A DNA stretch of 64,000 nt from NCBI GenBank assembly GCA_950097015.1, contig CATNEN010000010.1, forward strand, positions 186,001 through 250,000, written 5' to 3'. This document shows positions 47,656-59,020 of this stretch, one piece after another. Source of the DNA: Macrostomum hystrix (lineage: Eukaryota; Animalia; Platyhelminthes). The notes under the pieces are model-generated. The model worked only from the letters and a program-made list of their open reading frames with translations. It searched no databases and was not told where the DNA came from. The position numbers and the translations under genes were made by a program. How positions within the stretch are numbered: the stretch's first letter is position 1; the number at the start of each line of letters is the position of its first letter.

Positions 47656-49275
47656 TCACATATTCCCAGAGAAGCGGCCGCCCCCCCGGCCGAACAGGAT
47701 GTGGCCGCGTCGGGCCGGGTGGCAGCGGGCCTGGACGCCCTCATGAAAGCCGGCCCCGCCACCAGGCCGTACGTAGCTGTTCAGCGGCCACTCGGTGTCG
47801 TAGGTTTCATAGTTGAAGGCGACTGCAACAGATGTAGCAGGCTTCGACACTTTATCGACGCCGCCGCCGCCGTCCAGATGATTGCCTCCGCCGCCCAGGC
47901 TAACGTCGCTGTATCGATCGCAGTCGCTTTCGCAGATCTCGAACGCCATGGGCCGGTGCAGCCGCTGCTGCTGCTGTTGTTGTTGCAGCAAATGATGGTG
48001 CTGCTCATAGGCTGAGGCTGACATAGACTGGAGGTCGACGCTGACGGCTGCCGCAGCCGCCGCTGCAGCCTCACGAACAGCGTACGCGTAGGCCGCAACT
48101 GCTGCGTCCGACTGGTGACGCGCCAGGCCAATCGGCATGCGGCCTCGCAGCGGGGACAATGAGGAGGATGGAGGCGGCTGCGGCTGCGGTTGAGCTGGAC
48201 CGTGCAGCATCGCCATCGAGCGGTGATGGCCAATCAGCTGTTGCGGGGGAGGCACCGGAGCTTGCCGGGGAACTCGGGAAGCAGTGGCTAAGCCGCTATG
48301 CACAGAGCCAAGTTGAGACTGTTGAGAGCCGACCATGGAGCCGAGAAGAGCCGAGTCGATTGAAGAATACTGCTGCAAATACTGTTGCTGCTGATGCTGC
48401 TGCTGTTGCTGCTGTTGCTGCTGCTGCTGCTGATGCTGCTGCTGCTGAATATAATGTTGCTGCTGCTGATACTGCTGCTGCTGCTGTTGATGATGATGAA
48501 GGCTTTGCGATTGAAGCTGCAACTGCGGCGGAGTTTGGCGAGGAGAACCAATCATGGGTGATGAGCGTTGCTGGTATTGCAGCTGTTGCGCCTGCTGCAG
48601 CGCCTGATGCTGCGCCTGATGCTGCGCCTGCTGCTGCGCCTGCTGTTGCGCCTGCTGAAGCTGCAGTGACCCTCCTAGAGACGTTGCAATGTGAGACGAT
48701 TTTATTGGCGCTGTCGGAGTTGCAGATTGTCGATTCGTCGATGCTGCCGCCGCAGCGGCCGCCGCCGCAGCAGCCGCACCAGCTGCAGCGGCACCTGATG
48801 CTCCAGCGGTCATCTGCGGTTGATCCTGCAGCACTGGCTGTGGCTGAGATCGTTGCAGAGTCATAGCCTGCGGTTGTGGCTGTTGAGCCTGCTGCTGGGC
48901 CGGCTGCTGACTCGTGAGCGCCAAGGTCTCCGCATGCCCGCCCGGACTGAAGGAGCGCTGAAGAAAGTCGTCGAAAGTGTCCACGGACGGCTTGCCAGCA
49001 GCCCTCGCAGTGTCGTACACCGTTGATGTCGAGTGGCCACCAAAGCCGGCTCCGCTGTTTCCACCGTCGCAGCAGCAGCAACAGCAGCAGCAGCTGGCTT
49101 CTGTGGCATCATTTGCCCCTCGGCCGCCAGATCCCTTCAGTTTGCGCCGACGACACCGCAATCGGCAGCGCTGGGTGACTTTGCAAATCAGCACCAGCGC
49201 GATCAAGGTGGTCCCGGTTCCTGCCACCACCGAGGCCGTCACCCAGACTACGTTTAATAGCTCGCGGTCCACCAT
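47656..49275 (-). CDS. Predicted single-pass membrane protein with Cys cluster and Gln/Ala-rich cytoplasmic tail, 539 aa; family unknown
   Basis: ATG 49275; hydrophobic VVWVTASVVAGTGTTLIALVLIC followed by basic RCRLRCRRRKLK and a run of Cys; codon style matches the other genes. The 3' end is uncertain. Confidence 0.7.
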   Translation of the reverse strand: MVDRELLNVVWVTASVVAGTGTTLIALVLICKVTQRCRLRCRRRKLKGSGGRGANDATEASCCCCCCCCDGGNSGAGFGGHSTSTVYDTARAAGKPSVDTFDDFLQRSFSPGGHAETLALTSQQPAQQQAQQPQPQAMTLQRSQPQPVLQDQPQMTAGASGAAAAGAAAAAAAAAAAASTNRQSATPTAPIKSSHIATSLGGSLQLQQAQQQAQQQAQHQAQHQALQQAQQLQYQQRSSPMIGSPRQTPPQLQLQSQSLHHHQQQQQQYQQQQHYIQQQQHQQQQQQQQQQQQHQQQQYLQQYSSIDSALLGSMVGSQQSQLGSVHSGLATASRVPRQAPVPPPQQLIGHHRSMAMLHGPAQPQPQPPPSSSLSPLRGRMPIGLARHQSDAAVAAYAYAVREAAAAAAAAVSVDLQSMSASAYEQHHHLLQQQQQQQRLHRPMAFEICESDCDRYSDVSLGGGGNHLDGGGGVDKVSKPATSVAVAFNYETYDTEWPLNSYVRPGGGAGFHEGVQARCHPARRGHILFGRGGGRFSGNM

Positions 49276-52200
49276 GCGACTGCGCTGGAGTTGGTTGGTA
49301 AAGAGTATCTTAGATGAGCTACTATAAAATAATTTGAGAATTCAATCTCCAAGGAACTTTCTACCTACGTTTTTTGCTTCTGCTCATTGATTTACGTTAA
49401 GAACAAACATCACTATTGTGACACTGCGAGCAACACGAAGTGCACTACAAAACGAAGAATTGGAATAGCAGAACATGAAATCTACGACTTGATATCTCGA
49501 GTACCATCAGTGCATCCGTTATTTGCAGAGTTAAACAAGATGAGGTATGCATGTACTTTAAGCTTCGAGAGTAGAAAGTATAAAGACCAGCTCACTCAGG
49601 GCCAAAGCGATTGAGAGACGATTCGGAACAGAATCGGTCAGCTTCAGCGCAATGCTCCGCAGGCCCCGGCCGGGCGCAACGCAGCGGGCCCAACACTCGG
49701 CTGCCGCGATGCGGACTGCAGGCTGGGGTGCGAGGGCGGCAATGAGCTCCCCACTGAGCAAGCCGATTGACAGCAGCTTGCGGCAATGCAGGAAACTGGG
49801 CGGTAGCAATTGCGTACCTGCGGTTGGGAGGGCCCAGGGTGGGCGGGGGGACGCAGCGACTTAAGAAACCGCTCGAGATTGGGGTTGCTGGCGGGTCGCA
49901 GTGAGCGGAATGGGAGGGCAGGGAAGCCGAGAATCTGATGCGATAGAAGGGCCAGGCCGGAGGGTGGGTGAGGCGAAGGCGATGGGTTGGAGGACAGGGT
50001 GAGAGCTGAGCAGCCGAGGCCGACCTCTTCGCAATACGCCAACCTCCTCCCCCTTACCACCGAGTCTGGCAGCAAATGGCGAATCGCCTAGCAGCAGGAG
50101 AGCTCGGCTCGGCTCTCAGCTTGTTGCCAGCCTGAGAGCAGCCGGGAAATGCAGGCGATGGGGGATGGGCGGACTCGGCCGGGCCGAACCGGACTCTGGG
50201 GAAACTGCGGCTTCGGCAGACAGCTGACCGATGGGAAAAGCTGAGAACGAGAGGCGATGACGCCCCGAGGCCGGCAGAGTGTCGGACGCGATGCTGTCAA
50301 GTACTGTGAGAGCGAGGGGTGGCCGGCTTACTGCCTTGCTTCCAGCAGGCGAGGCGGGGGTGGGTGGACTGGAGATGAGGCACAGAGGCTGGGGAAGCCC
50401 CAACTGTGGTCTCGCCTCGAGGAAGAACGACTGAGCCGCGGATGGGCCGAGGCGCCGGCACAGCAGCCGAGCTCCACCCCACATCCCGCCACGACTCTCT
50501 TTCTGTCCATCGCATCGCAGTCTCAGGCTCTGCTATCCCCTCTCCCCATCCTGCCCTCATTCGGCCTCTCCAATTCCCATTTTCATCCGCTGCTGCGGGC
50601 TGCGTCGATCCAAGAGACAGCACAGCCAGGACTCAAAGGGGGTTCTCATCTCGTCCATCCCCCGCACTCTGGCCCAGTGCAAGCACGCAGTAGCCTTGCT
50701 CGCGCCGAGCTGTTGTCGCTGTCGCGCGCTGCATTTAAGACGCAGCATCGGAATCGGCAGCAGCAGCAATGCGAGCTGTGGCTGCAGGGAGAGGACCTGA
50801 GGGGAAAGGTGCCATCAGGGGTGTTGGGAATTCGGAGCATGCTGGTCGGCATGGGAAGAAGGATTTGGCAAGGCGAGAGATGAGAGACAAGCCCAGAGAG
50901 TTTCTGTTGCAGCGGCAGGAATGGGTAGCCGAGCGGACTGACCCTCGGGGCAGCTGGAGGCGACTGGGCTGCAAAAATCGCGCACGTGCCGCGCGCAGAA
51001 CAGCACGTGCTCCTCCCCAGTCTGTCCTCCCCCAGGCTGGCCAGCCGAGAAGCGGGAGCAGGGTGCAGGTCGCAATAGTGTAGGAATGCCTGCGCATGAG
51101 AGCGTAGATCCACGGTTTGAGCCCGGGTCTTTCGCTCCAATTCTGCGCGGCGTCGCGGATTAGCAAATGAGGGCACATCGTCGTTTTTCTCAAGTGTTTC
51201 TGCTTCGCAAGTTTCCTTCTCGCTCGCGCGTCCTGTCCTGCTCCCACTGGAGTTTGAGCAACTCGAGTTTGGGGCGGACAGTTCTGCGATGGATGGAGAA
51301 AGGGCGCGAAAGTCGCGTTAATTTCTCGACGTCGCAGAGAAATTATGCAAAGCAATCGCTGCTGCTGCTGAGACTTTCCTGCTGGGCCATATGGAATGAG
51401 TGGCTGGGGGAGGCGATGAATTTCGGAAGCTGTTTGCCATCTCCGAGTCCGAACCCAGAGCTGGGCCTTGTCTCCGCCCCGCCTGTGATCCCATGCGGCG
51501 GGGCCCCGCTGATTGCGGGGCTCTCATTTGCCCAGCCCGCAAGCCGCTTGCTCGTCCCGTCGAGGGATTTGGCCGCTTAATCCCACGGATGGCGGCAGCG
51601 GCTTTAGCCCAAGCAATTTCAACGAAAGGGTACCACCCTCGTGTTGCCATGCGTCCGCATGAGCGCGGAGGGTGGGACACTGGCGCTCCCCGAGCGCGCC
51701 CGAGAGAGTGAGTGAGCCGCTGAGGAACTGGTAGAGGGAGAGAGCAAGGACAAGAACAGATTCTCTCTGAGCATGGCCCAGCAGAGACTAACTGGTGTGC
51801 GTACACACTGGCTGCAGAAATCCTCTCCCATTGCTGAATGCTCGCGCCCAGCTCCAGCAGCTCGTCCCATCTCTCCGTCTCTCCTCCATTTCACTTCCAA
51901 ATCGGCTGTGTACTTTTCCCATTCAATGATCCACCGCCCGCAATGCCAGTGGAGCTGAGAGCTGCGCGAACGTTTCTCTCCCTGAGAAATCCGCCCAGTA
52001 ACTCGCTTCAGCCCCCCAAAACCGGAAGTTGACAGAGTTGCATGCCATACAAGCTGTGCCATGCCGCTGTGGTCTCGTAAAGTAAGCGCAGTTGGCCCCT
52101 TAATATCGTCATCAACAGCAGCAGCAGCGGCAGCAGCTTGGGGACTGGGGTCTCTGAATAGGAACGCTAGTGCTAATGCATTCTGTGCGCAACCAGCGTG

Positions 52201-54718
52201 AACAGAACAGGAAGAAACAACTGAATGTTTATGGCGAGGAGCAGCTGAGCATGGCATGATTTTCGATCCGCTGCCAGCAGCCCATCGATATTATGAATTG
52301 CAGTGCTTCTTAACTCGACGGGCTCCCGTGAAGCAACTCATGGCATCAAGCGAGGCTAAATGCGTCCGCATCTCTGTATGTGAGGAAGGGAAGCAGGGAC
52401 TTTGGACGGGCTTGGGGACAGCGATCGATCACTCTCCAGTGCGCGCCCCGGAAACGGCCGGCCGGGGGAATGTATAGGAGAGGACAGCTCCCCAGCAACT
52501 GCCCGCGCAGGCTCTGCTTCTGCGTCTCGGCCCACTCGCTGCCTCCCCGGCCACTCGACCCCGGGCGACAGCAATGGCTAACCCTTCTGCTCGCCTCCAA
52601 CCCCAGGGCCACCGCTTAACGATCCCAATGGCCTTCATTCGCCTGCTCAGCGCGGCGACTTGCAGCGTTGGCAACTTGGCGAAGCTGGGGACCCGCAGCG
52701 CGAAGAGGGAATCAATCAAGGCCTGAGGCTTGATCGGCTTCACTGACTAGACTCCGCAGTGGATGCGACAAGCGGAGGGAGGGGTATCCTGACCCTGAAG
52801 TCGTGAGGCCACTTAGAACAGCTGGGACCGAGCAGCAGCTTTTCTAGCAGGTTAGTCGGCTGTTGAATAATCGAATCCCAGATCCTGAACTAGCACAGAT
52901 AAGAGGGCTGAGCAAATTTTAGATAAAAGTTTGTTTGCCTTTGTCTGGCCGTTCGTTAGTCGATTAGCAAAGCATATGCACTATTCTGTGAGCAGCTCAG
53001 GCCGGTACAGGAGATCAACCGATGCCAGATCAGATGAGTTTTCATTGGCGCGGCTTGGCAGGCAAGTCAGGGCCAAGAGTAGTACGCGAGCTCGGGTGGA
53101 AACCAGTCCTACTTCTGAATGATTCAGCAGCAATCAATTTAGCCTCCTCCTGACAACAAATATCAGCCAGGCCAGTTCTGAAACAGCTTTTCAGAGCAGA
53201 GCGATGCAAGTCGAATTGCTTTTACTGAACAGTTTCATTACAAAAACAGCCTATTATATGGAGCTCAACTGTATTGCAAACTTGAATTCATTTTACGAGC
53301 GTTCGACTGCACGGTACGGCCAAGGCACGCATCACTGATTCTCGCTTGCTCGCTTCTCTAGCTCTCGAAAATAAATTTAGATCTGCTGCTGACGGTGACG
53401 GCATAGCAACAAAATAAGCAAGAAGCCTATTCGAAGTCGGCTTCGATCTCATGAATTCAATGGTGGCACCTAGCTGAGTAAATTCAAGTTCCTAATAACG
53501 CAAGCTAAACGTATCGATTTCTCACTAATTAATGCGCGGCTCTCCCACCAAGTGTTCCCAGCCATCTTTCATCAGCTTCATCTCCGCAGGCACAAAGAAG
53601 CACATCCAAAATGAGCTCACAAAGCTGACCCGGATTCTAGCCAGGCCTCCCTACTCCAGCTCGGCTTTGGCAAGCAACAAGAAAACAGGAAGGGAAGCGA
53701 CCTAGACCGGAGATTAGCCCAACAGTTTATCGGATGGAGTCACGCGCGAATTCGACAGTGTTATGAGACTATTTATTATTCAAAGATAGCATTCGGAATA
53801 GTGCGGAAAACATAGCCAATATTTCAGAGAATCATTCTACTAGCAGTAGTGTGGAAGAGAATTAAAGTTTACACTATTTTAATGGCTTCACTGTCACAGA
53901 GAAGCGGGCGTCCAAATTCTCGGGAAAGGCCAAAGATGCACGCAGGGGATTCTGGCGAATACAATAAACTCAGGACGCGAGTGGGGTGCAGCATTTCCAT
54001 TTTAGCAGAAGTTGATGCGCCCAAATCAGATGAGAGATACACCCTCGAATTGGAACACTCGAGGCTCAAGTCAATGGTTTATAGACTTTTCTGACAATGA
54101 ACAGTGTCGTATCGACCCACGAGGACAACAGACAAAGATGAACGAAAAGATTTAAAAGGCAAAAACAAGGGGACCCAAATTACACAGCGTTAAATGAGAC
54201 GGGCGAGAGGGAGAGAAAAACTGTCGCATGCGCCATCTGCATCGACTGGATATTCGCAGACCCTCAATTTAGCACAGAGATAGTGAGAACAAACAAACAG
54301 ATGCTAGGCTTAGCAGAAAAACAAAAGCAACGCATCTTGTGGAAGTGACACAGGAATAGCCCACCAAGTGCCTTGCTGTCACAAAAAAATAGAAATATTT
54401 TCTGTCAGAATTTGCTCGGGCACTGCCGCTCGCCTCTCTTCAACTGCCCGCAGCGACCGCCTCTCTTCCCCATAGGCTCGAGAGCCACGGGGGCCGCCCT
54501 GGGCCGCACAGCGCGGGCTGGCGGGGCGGTTGGCGGAGCGGGCAGAGGGGGCGGTGGGGAACGTTGTCGAATCGTCGACTGCATCGGTGCCAGCAGGCCG
54601 TCTGAGACTGGCAGAGTCGGGCTGTCGCGCCGATCGAACCGCTACGGAAAATTTATTGTTTAGAATTTTTAAAAGCTCAGCTGATACTTCCGCGTTGCTG
54701 CTTCTGGGCTGTGTCCAC

Positions 54719-57700
54719 CTAGCCAATCAGCCTGTGGTACTCGGCCAGCATGACGGACTTTTCAATGTTCTCCCAAACTTCGGCTGCGAAGTCAAGCCTG
54801 CAAGGAAATCAATCATTGTAGCTGGGGTTAAAGCTGATGCAAGCTAATTCCATGGGCGTAGACTCAATGGTGACTTCCAAAGAGGGAATCTGGACTCAAT
54901 GGGGATTCTTGGCTTAGGGAATCTAGAATCTGGATTTAATGGGAACTCGGATGCTGGAGTCATAACAACTTCATGTGTAATTAAATTTTGAACAGTCGAA
55001 GACAGAGAAGACAGAGAGATCGATAAACTCACCAGACTTTCTCGTTGAACAGGTCCTGCCTCAGCATGTGATGCCTGGGCGAAGTCAAAATCAGCTTGCG
55101 CAAGCGCTCCAGCTCCTCCGTGTACTCAACGGCCGCCTCTGCAACAATAGGAATCGAGAGGCAGAAAGAACCGTGTATAAATTAAGTACTTTTTGAACCT
55201 ATTCAAGAGCGGCTCTGAAGCCATGCAAGTTTGCGGAGAGACTGCTTGCTTGGTGCTTCAGGACATTAGGAATGCCTAATCTATGCTTTAGAAAATGAGT
55301 TCTAGGTTTGAACAGAACCCTCCCAGCTGTCTGAAGCTGCGCCTCACCTTGAGTGGCCTCGTCCAGCAGTGGCAGGCAGAAGACGCTGCTGGAGTTGAAC
55401 CGGAAGGCGGCACCTTCGAACACTCCGGCCAGGAGGTCGCAGAGCCGGCCGGGTGCCGGGCCGTCACCGGGGCCGGTTCGATTCAGAACGAAGACCAGTC
55501 GCGGCTGGAAGCTCGTATCGTCCAAGACAGCAGGCCGCAGCATATCGGCTGCCAGCAGAAGGCGGAGCATGTCCGGGTCCGGCCAGCCGTCGGATAGCAC
55601 CAGCAGCAGGTGGCAGGCCGACATCAGGAAGGCGCTGAGCTGGATTCCCTGCATGGTGGCGCCAGTCTCCACGGTGATGAAGTCCGACTGTTGAGCGGCG
55701 CCGCCTGCGCCTCCGCCGCGGCGCTCGCTGGCGGCAGCTTGAATGAGCGTCTCAGCGCTGGGCAGTGCTAGCAGAGCTTCACAGTCCAGCAGGAACAACC
55801 GCTCCGGCGTGGTCTGCAGCTGGACGCCCCTGGTCCTGTGCGCATTTTCTAGCAGGCTTTCGAGATTTTCGACGGGAAATTCGCGCCGGTCGCTTGGCAT
55901 CTGAAGATCCTCCTGATCGCCTGGTGGGCGGTTCAGCAGCAGCGCGTTGAGCAAGCTCGACTTGCCAGAGGACTGGATTGAGTTTTAATTTAAAGCAGAT
56001 CAAGCGCGGTGATACACGAAACAGGCTACTTTAAGTAGTGCAGTTAAACTAATTTGCCACAACAACCAGACTAACCTGCAGTCCGAGCACGCCAACGACA
56101 GTAAAGTTCGTGTTGCTCGGCTCCAGATAGTCCAAAATTTCCTGCCGCTGGGCTTCGTCAATGAAACGTCCGCCTGGTGTCACCAGCGTCAGCGGCTGCG
56201 GCGGCAGTGGCACCTCCTGCAGGTGGGTGAGGCGAGTCGGCGATGAGGCGACTACTGGTGCAGTGGCAGCAGCGGCGATTGTCACAACTGGAGCAGCAAC
56301 GACGGTGCCCCTAGTTGGCCTCGAGGCTCGCTGCGGCTGCTGCAGGCTGGGCCAGTCGGCCGACTCACTCACTCCAGCAGAAGGCTCCTGTACAGTCGGC
56401 TGCACACTAGGTGACGCCTCCTTGGAGCGATGACCGCCACTGCTGCTGTTAGTGCTGCTGACTTCTTCACGCTTTTGTGCAATTTTAGAGTAGTAATGTT
56501 TTAATTATTTTATATTACCTTCAGCAGAAATTTATTTACCACCATACAATGCACTTACCTTTTTTACAATAAATTTGGCACCAGGATTGCCTTCCTTGTT
56601 GCTGTCAGCCTAAAAAAGAATTATATTTTCAATTAAAACGTTGCTCTTACTTTTTAATTTGATTTAATTTACTTTTTTAATTAAAAAATTATTTAAATCT
56701 ACAGGGTAGATATATAGATTTTGTAAGAAAGAAAACTCTAACAATGAAGACAAGTACTTATTTAAATCCAATTAAATTAAGAAATATTTGCTTGATCTTA
56801 CTTCCCAAAAACCTACTAGAAAATCAAATGTTTCAAAACTGAAATTAAATATTGGGTTTAATAGAAAATGCTACATTCTCATAGATACATTTATTTAGCA
56901 CAAAATAACAATAAGCATCTAACTAGCTTGTCCTAGTGCCACTGAATACAAAACAGTGAATATAGGCATTATTATAATGAAGCTTAAGTATAGAGCCACA
57001 TAATAGTAACTAAGCTATAACTGCCTACTAGTAAATAATATTACAGTAGTTAGGATTTCACATGAAGTTTTTTTTGTTTCAGGTTTAGTAGTTATTAAAC
57101 ATTTATTATATATGATTTTGACTTAAAGTAGATGTAAATAATTTATAGAATTTTTGTCAAATTATTTTTCATCAACTGTTTGACAAAGCTTCCATTATCA
57201 AAATATGTGTTTGATGAAGCTTTCATTACCAAAGCTGGTGTTTGACAAAGGTTCCGATTCCAAAGCAAATGTTTGATGAAGGTTCCGATAGCAAATCCAA
57301 AAGCTGAAAGTGACTTTTTGCCTGTGTTAATTTATGTAATTGCACAAATGGTACAAATAAAAACATAAGTATTGAAAAAATAACTAACAAATAAGTATTG
57401 GGCAAATAATAGTTGACTGACTTGACCCCATACAAATTGTTTAAATTTGATTTGACAGACATCCGAAAGGATAATTTTCAATTTGGGGAATGTTCCTTGA
57501 GATAATTTTCAATTTGAAAAACATTCCCTTGAAACTGGCAATTGCTAACCATGGCCATTTGACAAAAAAATTGACAACAATTCTGGGATCTGGTGTAAAC
57601 AATAAAATGCTTCTTTAGCAAGGAGTTGTATTATACTATTTAAAATTTCACTAAAAAGTATTTTGTTTCATAACTTTTAATTGATTTAATATAAGTGACT

Positions 57701-59020
57701 ATATATTTTTATATAGCAAATTAATGACTTTGAATTAATGAATTAGCAACTTTGGCTGAATACTTACAAAAGCCTAAGACAAATAACAATCAATATAGGC
57801 AAAGAAACTCTGAGCAAGTTGGGTAGATGGTACCTGGACACTTCGTCATACATGCGCAACCTCCCAAATCTTAGCTGGCCTTGCGACTTAGTTTTTGCTC
57901 TCATTTGCGACTTAGTTCGTTTCATTGCTCTATTTACGACTTAGTTTGCTCTCATTTGCTCTCTTTTTCTCTCCCCTTTTTCCTTTTCTTCACGCCTTCC
58001 TTTTTTGTCCCTTGGTCCCCCCTTTGATTTTTTTGCGCTTGGTCGATTGGTTTTTGCGACTTACCTTGCTTGGCCCTCGTTTCACCCGGCCGGTTCGGCC
58101 GGCTCGGCCGGGTGTTGCGCATGTATGCACTTCGTCATCTTACAACTTCGTCATCCAGATGACGATCTGTCCAATATCTCAGAGGGTGGATGACAAAGAG
58201 ACTTAGACTTGTGGACACTTCATCATCTATAAAACAAGTTTTTAAAGTTGCAACAGAACCACCCCTCCCTACCTCCTCACATTGTGTTGGCACCTATTTT
58301 TCAACTCTTATAATGAAATCAGTTTTGACACCTCTTTTTGACAATTTAGAGTGTGAAGTGTGTTCACACCTCTACCCCACCACCCCACCCTCACTTTATT
58401 GATGACGAACTTGATTGCTTGTTATTAGTAGATGACGAACTGACCAAACTTTAAAGCATGCCAATTGGCTGGATGACGAAGTGTCCTACCTTCCAAGGGG
58501 ATGACGAAGTTGTAAGATGACGAAGTTGTAAGATGACGAAGTGTCTAGGATCCGGGTCGATTTAAATCTTAGGACTTAATCACCGACTTTTTAGACTTTA
58601 AATGTAATAAAAACATATACAGAAGAGGTTAAAAAGCTTGAATATTATTAAAATTATACACTGGCAAATAAGACTTACTGTTTCATTTTTGCTTTGGACT
58701 GGATTGCCAACTTCGGGACCAGGAGTGTTTCGACTCCATCCTTTTCTAGGCTGTGGCCAATCGGAATCCTGACCAGCATGTACACCAGACACAGACTCTT
58801 CACTTTGAAGAGTTGTGGTTGTATCAAAATGATTGCTTCGCTGGTATGTACGATTTCGAGTCAAATTTCGCCCACCGCTTCTGTCAAACGAGTCATTATT
58901 TCTTGTCAATGAAGAGTTTTGCCATTTTCGGTTATCTGTTCGTACAGCCTTAGATGTTGACGTGGATGGGTGATATTCTCGATATTCACCATTATTAGGT
59001 CTATTCCTACTTTCGTTCAT
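54719..59020 (-). CDS. SMG9: Nonsense-mediated decay factor SMG9, 532 aa; exons 59020-58679, 56609-56559, 56471-56076, 55972-55348, 55138-55033, 54797-54719
   Basis: Phases are consistent (1599 nt). VVGVLGLQ|SSGKSS P-loop, ERLFLLDCE, MQGIQLSAFLMSACHLLLV, RLVFVLNR and the C-terminal FNEKVWLDFAAEVWENIEKSVMLAEYHRLIG* match SMG9. The first two exons are inferred from phase only. Confidence 0.9.
57829..58553. mobile_element. MITE with ~38-bp TIRs containing a 16-bp sub-repeat (CTTCGTCATCTTACAA), in an SMG9 intron
   Basis: After removing the nested insert, the left end GGTACCTGGACACTTCGTCATCTTACAACTTCGTCATC matches the reverse complement of the right end GGATCCTAGACACTTCGTCATCTTACAACTTCGTCATC; no clear TSD. 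Confidence 0.8.
57847..58127. mobile_element. hAT-type MITE, 281 bp, nested in the left TIR of the previous element
   Basis: Perfect 14-bp TIRs CATACATGCGCAAC / GTTGCGCATGTATG; 8-bp TSD CACTTCGT at 57839-57846 and 58128-58135. Confidence 0.9.

Noticed and set aside
49300-54350. Dense set of 60-212 aa ORFs in GC-rich DNA
   Set aside because: They overlap on both strands, and I found no domains or consistent splice structure; more likely UTR or regulatory DNA, but unresolved.
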